From an uncultured Gammaproteobacteria bacterium (GTDB taxonomy: Bacteria; Patescibacteriota; Patescibacteriia; Patescibacteriales; UBA12465), in contig CAZUDJ010000001.1 in the NCBI GenBank assembly GCA_964618575.1, forward strand, positions 4,443 to 37,764: a stretch of DNA of 33,322 nt, written 5' to 3'. Positions 1 through 6,128 of the stretch are shown here, in pieces. The notes under the pieces were generated by a model. That model was not told the DNA's origin, ran no database searches, and was given only the letters and a program-made list of their open reading frames with translations. Within the stretch, counting starts at the first letter, position 1; every line of letters starts with the position of its first letter. A program made the translations under genes and the position numbers.

Positions 1-461
1 CCATACTTATTATAAACATCAATTAATTGTGTTACTGGTGAGATATCAGCATCATATAAGGTATCACCAAACATTATCAAAACTGGCTCATCTTCGCGTA
101 CTAGGTGAGCAGCACAATTAATAGCATGACCATCTCCTAAAGGGATAGGTTGTCTAACATAAGAAAACTTGGCTAGCTTCTCAATTTTCTTTACTTTCTT
201 AATTAAGTCTAGCTTATTTTTTTCTACTAAAGTTTTCTCTAGCTCATAGGAATAATCGAAATGATCTTCTATAGCACGCTTACCCCGACCAGTCACAAAG
301 ATTATTTCTTCTATACCGGCTGTAACAGCTTGCTCCACTAAATACTGAATAACAGGCTTATCTACTACTGGTAACATTTCTTTTGGCTGGGCTTTTGTAG
401 CCGGAAGAAATCTGGTACCAAAGCCAGCTACTGGTAAAATTGCTTTTCTAATTTTTTTCAT
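1..461 (-). CDS. galU: UTP--glucose-1-phosphate uridylyltransferase (GalU), N-terminal ~153 aa; the 3' end runs off the window
   Basis: Not in the ORF track because the window edge truncates it. Hand translation of the minus strand from ATG (cat at 459-461) gives MKKIRKAILPVAGFGTRFLPATKAQPKEMLPVVDKPVIQYLVEQAVTAGIEEIIFVTGRGKRAIEDHFDYSYELE... The AGxGTRFLPxTK...KEMLP signature is typical of GalU-type sugar-1-phosphate nucleotidyltransferases. Confidence 0.85.
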   Translation of the reverse strand, partial: MKKIRKAILPVAGFGTRFLPATKAQPKEMLPVVDKPVIQYLVEQAVTAGIEEIIFVTGRGKRAIEDHFDYSYELEKTLVEKNKLDLIKKVKKIEKLAKFSYVRQPIPLGDGHAINCAAHLVREDEPVLIMFGDTLYDADISPVTQLIDVYNKY

Positions 462-470
462 ATATTTTAA

Positions 471-1280
471 TTAATTTTTATATTTCAAACTCCATTTAGC
501 AAAATATTTAAGCCATGAGCTAATGTGAACCCAGCTTAGACTGTCTTTAAATAAAGCGATATACCAAGGGTGCTTAGCACTTTCTCTGGCATGATCATGA
601 ATAACAATAGCATTGGGATTGTATATTACTTGCAAACCTTTTTCTTTAAATTGCCTCCCTAGATCAGTGTCTTCAAAGTACATAAAATAGCGCTCATCAA
701 ACATTGGCCTAAAGATACTTCCATCCTCTAATTCAATTTCTTTCTTAAACATAAGACAAGAGCCCATTAACCAATCTACTGCCCTAATCTCATTATGATC
801 AAAGTCACTCATGGTAAAGTGATCACGTGTATTTTTAAAATAATTTCCTAAAAAAGTACGCCTTAAAATCGGCATAAAAAAACTGGGAAATCTTAAACAA
901 GACATCTGTAAGCTTCCATCTGGATAAAGTAACTTAGGGCCTATCATGCCCACCTCCTTATTACTTTTAATGTAGCTATGTAAAGTTTTAATTGCCCCCC
1001 TATTTAAGGATGTATCTGGATTTAAGACTAAAATAAATTCACCTTGTGCTTCAGAAATTCCTAAATTATTACCCCCGCCCATGCCTAGGTTTTTTTTAGA
1101 AAGTATTAATCTGACCTGCTTGTCATAAGGAATGATGTCGCTTAGATCATCACCTGAGTCATTTTCTACTAAAATAATTTCCCATTTTAAAGAATCTAAA
1201 TCTTCTTTTAAAATAGACTGCAGACAAGTTCTTAATTTATCCTTACTCTTGTAGTTTACTATAATAATTGATAGGTCCAT
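471..1280 (-). CDS. Family 2 glycosyltransferase (GT-A fold)
   Basis: The track ORF 471..1301 begins at a TTG. The ATG at 1280 gives MDLSIIIVNYKSK..., the canonical GT2 N-terminus. It has VENDSGDD and LNPD (DxD-like) motifs and is a paralog of the GT2 at 2346..3182. It starts 1 nt after the stop of the upstream gene. Confidence 0.8.
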   Translation of the reverse strand: MDLSIIIVNYKSKDKLRTCLQSILKEDLDSLKWEIILVENDSGDDLSDIIPYDKQVRLILSKKNLGMGGGNNLGISEAQGEFILVLNPDTSLNRGAIKTLHSYIKSNKEVGMIGPKLLYPDGSLQMSCLRFPSFFMPILRRTFLGNYFKNTRDHFTMSDFDHNEIRAVDWLMGSCLMFKKEIELEDGSIFRPMFDERYFMYFEDTDLGRQFKEKGLQVIYNPNAIVIHDHARESAKHPWYIALFKDSLSWVHISSWLKYFAKWSLKYKN

Positions 1281-1281
1281 A

Positions 1282-2343
1282 TTAAATGATTTTTTTAACA
1301 AATTGCCAATAAGTATTTAAAATTGGATTAGCAATATGTCGCAAAATAAAATTATCTATTTCTAAAAATTCTAAACGGCCAGCCATGGTTTTTGTTATCT
1401 GAGAATTAAAGCTTCCTCCCAGTCTTTTTATACTAGCTCTAAACTTAAAAATTTTCCACCAACTGAGTGGGTTCCAAAAATATAAGTTAACTTTTAGCCA
1501 AGTTTTAAACCAAGAACCAATCAGTGAGTAGCCCATCATGGCAATATTTAAAAACACAAAAACAGGGGCAAGTATCACTAAAAGGAAGATAGGGTAAAAA
1601 CTAAAGGCCATTAAATAACGATTTCTTTCCATGTAGTATAGCATTCTCTGGCTACGGGAAAATTCATATTTATGAAAAACGCGTGCTTTTGGAGCTAAAA
1701 TTATTTTATAATCTGCTAAGCGCGCCTTTAAGCTATACTCTATATCATCATGATACATGTAGTACTCCTCATTCCAACCTGAAATCTTTTCAAACACTTC
1801 CCTCCTGCTTATAAAACAACAACCGCTGGCATAACCTAGTATCTCGGGATAGCCTTCTATCTCTCTGTCTGCCTCTCTGTAGGCTGAGGTGCTGCCAAAG
1901 CCTAAGAAGTGCACAATATTGCCTAAAGTATTTATTTTAGCATCTGTGCCCTCCTCGCTATGAATTAATATCTTAGCCTGAGAGATGCCTGCTTCCTGGT
2001 TTAGCTCTAAAGACAAAACTAATTCTTCTATACAGCGAGAATCTAAGACTGTGTCCATATTTAAGGTCACTATGTAATTATGCCCTGCTAAAATCGCTTC
2101 CCGAAAACCTAAGTTATTAGCAACACAATAATTGCCATCAGCGCGAGGTAGTATTATTGCCTCCTCGTATTCCTTTTTTAAATAATCTACAGTTTCTTTG
2201 GAGCTGGCATTATCAACTATATAAACTTGGATATTTTTACTACCGTAGGTCTGGTCGCGTAAAGAGTCACGACACTCTTTTAAAAAAGAGCGCGCATAGT
2301 CTTTATAATTTATAAGCACTACAGCAATTTTTTCTTTTACCAT
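1282..2343 (-). CDS. Family 2 glycosyltransferase with a C-terminal membrane-spanning region
   Basis: The N-terminus IAVVLINYKDY...VDNASSKETVDYL...NMDTVL shows the GT2 pattern. The C-terminal ~110 aa is hydrophobic (YPIFLLVILAPVFVFLNIAMMGYSLIGSWF), predicting TM helices. Confidence 0.8.
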   Translation of the reverse strand: MVKEKIAVVLINYKDYARSFLKECRDSLRDQTYGSKNIQVYIVDNASSKETVDYLKKEYEEAIILPRADGNYCVANNLGFREAILAGHNYIVTLNMDTVLDSRCIEELVLSLELNQEAGISQAKILIHSEEGTDAKINTLGNIVHFLGFGSTSAYREADREIEGYPEILGYASGCCFISRREVFEKISGWNEEYYMYHDDIEYSLKARLADYKIILAPKARVFHKYEFSRSQRMLYYMERNRYLMAFSFYPIFLLVILAPVFVFLNIAMMGYSLIGSWFKTWLKVNLYFWNPLSWWKIFKFRASIKRLGGSFNSQITKTMAGRLEFLEIDNFILRHIANPILNTYWQFVKKII

Positions 2344-2345
2344 AT

Positions 2346-3182
2346 CTATCTAATAAATAAGCCAATGAAATTCCAAGCGAAAAGTAGTCCTCTTCTTTGC
2401 CAGGGTCTTTCCCACTTGCCAAAGTATTTTAGCATGGAGTCTCTAAAATAAGCTTGGGCCTGTGTACGCTTTAGCAGGGCAAAGCTTTGCCCGATATCAT
2501 CGCGACAGCTGGCTTTTGCATTATACCAAACCTCACCTCCCAAACTATAGACATAGCGACAAAAGTCTACCTCTTCAAACCAGACAAAATATCTCTCATC
2601 TAGATAGGGCTCGTAAACTCCACTTAAACGCTTATAGGCCTCTCTGTTTATTAAAAAAAATGAACCCCTAACTGAGTCAACCTTAGCTGACTTACTATAA
2701 TCAAATTTAGGCAATAAATAATTGTTTAAAAGAACAGGAAATAAATGAGGTAGTTTTAAAACTATCATCAACTGGTCAAAGAAACGAGGAAAACGACGAA
2801 CATGATTTATAGTTCTTCCCTTCCCATCTATTAGTTTTATACCTGAGACCACCGCCTCACTCTTTTCTTTAGCAAAGCCCAGGGCTAGGGACAAGGTGTT
2901 TGTCTGCAAGCTCATGTCAGGATTTAAAAGAAGAATAAAATCGCCTGTAGCCTTTTTTATCGCTAAATTATTAGCTTTGGCAAAACCAAGATTTTGTAAA
3001 TTGGCAATTAACTTAACTTGCGGGAATTTCTCCCTTACCATCTGGGCACTGCCGTCACTTGAGGCATTGTCAACTACAAAAACTTCAAATTTAAAATTAC
3101 CCTCTGATCTATAGAGGGCTTTTAAGTTTTCTTCCAGCTTATCTTTTACCTGCCAAGAGACAATAATAATAGATAAATCCAT
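2346..3182 (-). CDS. Family 2 glycosyltransferase
   Basis: MDLSIIIVSWQVKDKL...VVDNASSDGSAQMV...NLGFAKANNLAIKKATGDFILLLNPDMSL is a typical GT2 (WbbL/rhamnosyltransferase-like) signature. Confidence 0.8.
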   Translation of the reverse strand: MDLSIIIVSWQVKDKLEENLKALYRSEGNFKFEVFVVDNASSDGSAQMVREKFPQVKLIANLQNLGFAKANNLAIKKATGDFILLLNPDMSLQTNTLSLALGFAKEKSEAVVSGIKLIDGKGRTINHVRRFPRFFDQLMIVLKLPHLFPVLLNNYLLPKFDYSKSAKVDSVRGSFFLINREAYKRLSGVYEPYLDERYFVWFEEVDFCRYVYSLGGEVWYNAKASCRDDIGQSFALLKRTQAQAYFRDSMLKYFGKWERPWQRRGLLFAWNFIGLFIR

Positions 3183-3184
3183 AT

Positions 3185-3454
3185 CTAGCGACTTATTTTA
3201 ATAGTTTTAAGCTGTGATGTTTTTCCTTTACTTATTTCTACCTGATATCGTCTGAGCCCTAACTCACTCGCTAAGAACTTTATCAAAGCCCGATTAGCTT
3301 TATTATCCTCAGGAATGGTAGTTATTTTGACGTACAAAACACCTTCTGGTCCATCACTAATCTTATTTTCTGAGGCGCCAGGATATACTTTAATAGGGAA
3401 AAAAACTTCCTTATTTTCAGCTATTTTTTTCTTTATTTTGTTTATTATCTTCAT
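3185..3454 (-). CDS. DUF167 / YggU-family small protein
   Basis: This 89-aa protein contains VYPGASENKI...YVKITTIPEDNKANRALIKFLASELGL....VEISKGKTSQLKTIKI. That matches the remembered UPF0235/DUF167 consensus (V.PgA..n.i...l.v.v.a.P.dGkAN.al..fLa..l.....v.i..G..sr.K...i). Confidence 0.65.
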   Translation of the reverse strand: MKIINKIKKKIAENKEVFFPIKVYPGASENKISDGPEGVLYVKITTIPEDNKANRALIKFLASELGLRRYQVEISKGKTSQLKTIKISR

Positions 3455-3493
3455 ACTTAAGTAATGCTATTTCTAAGCCAAAAATACCCTTTT

Positions 3494-3522
3494 ATTATAC
3501 CTCTAATTAGCTTTTTTTACTA
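3494..3522 (-). promoter_or_regulatory. Candidate promoter of the DUF167-GT2x3-galU operon
   Basis: The minus strand reads TAGTAA - 17 nt - TATAAT (perfect -10, rc of 3494-3499). The -35 is weak. Confidence 0.4.
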
Positions 3523-3527
3523 GGCCC

Positions 3528-3556
3528 TTGATATAAAATATAGTATTTGTCAATAT
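3528..3556 (+). promoter_or_regulatory. Candidate promoter of the thymidylate operon
   Basis: TTGATA (3528-3533) - 17 nt - CAATAT (3551-3556), about 60 nt upstream of the dCMP deaminase ATG. Confidence 0.4.
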
Positions 3557-3563
3557 TTATTTT

Positions 3564-3599
3564 ATTACTAATCTATAGTAAGCTATAGGTAATTACTAA
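3564..3599. repeat. Nested repeat in the 5' leader of the thymidylate operon
   Basis: The element reads ATTACTAA(3564-3571)-T-CTATAG(3573-3578)-TAAG-CTATAG(3583-3588)-GTA-ATTACTAA(3592-3599). Two identical 8-mers flank two copies of a self-palindromic hexamer. Confidence 0.5.
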
Positions 3600-3616
3600 G
3601 TATTTATATAAGGCAT

Positions 3617-4135
3617 ATGGATGAAGCAAAAAGAGACTTAAATTTACAAACATCTAAATATAAGCGCCCTTCTTGGGATGAATATTTCTTAAAAATTATG
3701 GCTATGGTGGGTAGTCGCGGATCTTGTGACAGGGGTCGCGCTGGCTGTGTTATTGCCCGTGATAACCGTATTGTTGCTACTGGTTATGCTGGCTCACCCA
3801 TAGGTCTAGCGCACTGCGATGAGGTGGGGCATGAAATGCACACTGTAACTCACTCCGATGGCAAACAGTCAAAGCACTGCATCAGGACCACTCATGCTGA
3901 ACAAAACGCAATCTGTGAAGCTGCTCGCATGGGCATTGCTTTAAATGGAGGTACACTATATTGCAAAATGACACCTTGCTACACTTGCGCTAAGATGATA
4001 ATAAATTCTGGCATCAAACGAGTTGTCTGTTCCTTTGATTATCACGCTAGTGCTAGGAGCAAGGAAGTGTTTCGTGAAGCTAATATAGATTTTAAACTCA
4101 TCTCAGCTGACATTGTTGAATATGAAAATACTTAA
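3617..4135 (+). CDS. Deoxycytidylate (dCMP) deaminase, ComEB/CMP-dCMP deaminase zinc-binding family
   Basis: It carries the zinc-binding motifs HAEQNAI and PCYTCAKMI (H-A-E ... P-C-x-x-C) and the N-terminal WDEYFLKIMAMVGSRGSCDR typical of dCMP deaminases. It lies immediately upstream of thyA. Confidence 0.85.
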   Translation: MDEAKRDLNLQTSKYKRPSWDEYFLKIMAMVGSRGSCDRGRAGCVIARDNRIVATGYAGSPIGLAHCDEVGHEMHTVTHSDGKQSKHCIRTTHAEQNAICEAARMGIALNGGTLYCKMTPCYTCAKMIINSGIKRVVCSFDYHASARSKEVFREANIDFKLISADIVEYENT

Positions 4136-4145
4136 GAAACTTTAA

Positions 4146-4174
4146 TTGACTTTTTAACTTACTCTGCTTAAGAT
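4146..4174 (+). promoter_or_regulatory. Candidate internal promoter upstream of thyA
   Basis: TTGACT (4146-4151) - 17 nt - TAAGAT (4169-4174). It uses the same hexamer pair as the tatD promoter at 29990-30017. Confidence 0.45.
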
Positions 4175-4201
4175 AAGCCTAGTAACTTAAAAATATATAA
4201 T

Positions 4202-5014
4202 ATGAAAACTTATCTAAATTTATTAAAAGATGTCGACCAGAATGGCCTTGGCAAAGATGACAGAACTGGAACTGGCACCCACAGTGTCTTTGGTAGGCAA
4301 GCTAGGTACGACCTTAGTGAAGGCTTCCCTCTTTTAACTACCAAGAAGGTCCACTTAAAATCCATCATTCATGAATTACTTTGGTTTTTAAATGGTGATA
4401 CCAATATTAAATATCTAAATGATAATGGAGTAAAGATTTGGGACGAATGGGCTGATACAAATGGTGAGCTTGGCCCCATCTATGGCAAACAATGGACAGC
4501 TTGGGAGGGAAAAGATGGTGTAAAGATAAATCAGATTAAAGAGGCAGTTGCAGCCATAAAAGAAAATCCCGACTCAAGACGTATAATCGTCTCTGGTTGG
4601 AATGTAGCTGATTTACAAACCCTAATTAAGGGTGAAAAAAGTGCTCCTCCGCCTTGCCACCTCCTGTTTCAGTTTTACGTTGTAGACGGCAAATTATCTT
4701 GCCAACTCTACCAAAGAAGTGCTGATATTTTCTTAGGAGTTCCTTTTAACATTGCCTCCTATGCCCTTTTGACTCTAATGATGGCTCAGGTTACTGGTCT
4801 TGTTCCTGGTGAATTTATTCATACTTTTGGCGATTTACATATCTACAATAACCATGTAGAGCAGGTAAAACTACAACTATCTCGCCAACCTAGAAAACTA
4901 CCCACCATGAACTTAAATCCAGAAGTAAAAGACATCTTCTCTTTTAAGTATGATGATTTTGAGCTTTGTGATTATGACCCGCATGCAGCTATAAAAGCGC
5001 CAATTGCGATTTAA
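4202..5014 (+). CDS. thyA: Thymidylate synthase (ThyA, folate-dependent)
   Basis: The 270-aa protein has [21 protein letters not shown], the PPCH active-site Cys region ([13 protein letters not shown]) and [20 protein letters not shown], which are all classic ThyA blocks. Confidence 0.95.
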   Translation: MKTYLNLLKDVDQNGLGKDDRTGTGTHSVFGRQARYDLSEGFPLLTTKKVHLKSIIHELLWFLNGDTNIKYLNDNGVKIWDEWADTNGELGPIYGKQWTAWEGKDGVKINQIKEAVAAIKENPDSRRIIVSGWNVADLQTLIKGEKSAPPPCHLLFQFYVVDGKLSCQLYQRSADIFLGVPFNIASYALLTLMMAQVTGLVPGEFIHTFGDLHIYNNHVEQVKLQLSRQPRKLPTMNLNPEVKDIFSFKYDDFELCDYDPHAAIKAPIAI

Positions 5015-5022
5015 AACTTAAT

Positions 5023-5048
5023 AGCCCCTTACAACTAAGGGGCTTTTT
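5023..5048 (+). terminator. Intrinsic terminator-like hairpin between thyA and the DHFR-like gene
   Basis: AGCCCCTTA-CAAC-TAAGGGGCT is a 9-bp GC-rich stem followed by TTTTT. It starts 9 nt after the thyA stop, and its T-run ends 9 nt before the next ATG. Confidence 0.7.
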
Positions 5049-5057
5049 AATAAAAAT

Positions 5058-5561
5058 ATGATAGCAGTAACAATGATAATGGCTATGAGTCTAGACGGCA
5101 TAATTGCCAAAGATAGCCTCCACTTTGCCAATTGGACCAGCCCTGAAGATAAAAAGCTCTTTGTTGAAGTTTCCAAGTCTCATGGCCTTATTTTAATGGG
5201 CGAAAATACTTTTAAAACCTTTAAGTCTCCCTTAAAAGATAGATTGAATGTCGTTTTTAGCCGTAAAGAAGATTTAAAAGACCAGCCTGGTCTAAAATGG
5301 GTCTCTGGTGATCCAAAGGCTGTTTTAAAAGATTTAGAAAAAATGGGCTACAAGTCAGCTCTCTTGGGAGGCGGCTCTAACTTAAACTCACTTTTCCTAA
5401 AACATAAACTAATTTCTGAAATTATAGTAAGCCTAGAGCCTAAAATTTTTGGCCAAGGTCTAACACTCTTTAAAGACGACTTTGACCTTAACTTAAAGCT
5501 ATTGGAAATGAAAAAGTTAAATAACAATACCATTAAACTAAGATATAAGGTATTATACTAA
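5058..5561 (+). CDS. Dihydrofolate reductase-like protein of the RibD C-terminal (RibD_C) family
   Basis: MAMSLDGIIAKDS...W.SPEDKKLF......LILMGENTFKTF....RLNVVFSR...LLGGGSNLNSLFL...ISEIIVSLEPKIFGQG fits the RibD_C/DHFR fold pattern. Its position directly after thyA suggests a DHFR role. It is not a canonical FolA sequence. Confidence 0.6.
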   Translation: MIAVTMIMAMSLDGIIAKDSLHFANWTSPEDKKLFVEVSKSHGLILMGENTFKTFKSPLKDRLNVVFSRKEDLKDQPGLKWVSGDPKAVLKDLEKMGYKSALLGGGSNLNSLFLKHKLISEIIVSLEPKIFGQGLTLFKDDFDLNLKLLEMKKLNNNTIKLRYKVLY

Positions 5562-5564
5562 AAT

Positions 5565-6128
5565 ATGGCAAAATTAATTATCGCCCTAGTTGGCCCTATT
5601 GCCAGCGGCAAAGGGGTAACAGAGGAGTATATATCTAAAAACTACCAAGCCAGTAGCTTTAAGTTCTCTCGTCCGCTAAGAAGTGTTTTAGAAATTTTGC
5701 AATTAGAGCCAAGCCGAGAGAACCTCCAAAATCTTTCCCTGGACTTAAGAAATCGCTTTGGAGAGGACCTCTTAGCTAAAATAATTGCCCGCTCTGCGAA
5801 ACTAGCTCAAAATGATATCGTTGTCATAGATGGAGTAAGGAGACTGGCTGATATCTCAGAACTTTTAAATCACCCTGAATTTAAATTAATTAGCATAGAG
5901 GCAAATAGCAGCGTTCGACACCAGCGGGTCTGTGCTCGCAATGAGAATACTGGTGACAGGGACAAAACCTTGGCGCAGTTTGAGTCAGATGAAAAGCGTG
6001 AATCAGAAAGAGACATAAAAAAACTTAGTGAAATTTCTCACTATAAAATTATAAATGAGGACGATATTGCTAGCCTCTATCGACAAATCGATAATATTTT
6101 TGCTAAAATTAAGACATATGGAAAATAA
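5565..6128 (+). CDS. P-loop nucleotide/(d)NMP kinase-like protein (UPF0200 / dephospho-CoA-kinase-like fold), substrate unknown
   Basis: It has the Walker A motif VGPIASGKG, then VVIDGVRRLADISELL and FKLISIEANSSVRHQRVCARN...D.KTLAQFESDEKRE. This resembles the small archaeal-type UPF0200 kinases and phage dNMP kinases from memory. It overlaps the downstream tmk start by 11 nt. Confidence 0.5.
   Translation: MAKLIIALVGPIASGKGVTEEYISKNYQASSFKFSRPLRSVLEILQLEPSRENLQNLSLDLRNRFGEDLLAKIIARSAKLAQNDIVVIDGVRRLADISELLNHPEFKLISIEANSSVRHQRVCARNENTGDRDKTLAQFESDEKRESERDIKKLSEISHYKIINEDDIASLYRQIDNIFAKIKTYGK

Noticed and set aside
1281-1301. TTG-initiated extensions in the ORF track: 471..1301 (MLKKSFN-) and 11306..13261 (MLK-).
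   Set aside because: Both track starts are TTG codons. Internal ATGs (1280; 13252 or 13225) give family-typical N-termini and remove overlaps. The exact start of the GT-C gene remains ambiguous.
3573-3588. NrdR box upstream of the deoxynucleotide operon.
   Set aside because: CTATAG-TAAG-CTATAG does not fit the 16-bp NrdR palindrome (acaCwAtATaTwGtgt) as I remember it. It is reported only as an unclassified repeat.
6055-6117. A 21-codon N-terminal extension of the tmk::dut ORF (MRTILLASIDKSIIFLLKLRH...).
   Set aside because: The extension lies entirely inside the 3' end of the upstream kinase gene in another frame. The ATG at 6118 gives the canonical Tmk N-terminus (MENKRGKFIVIDGTDGSGKT).
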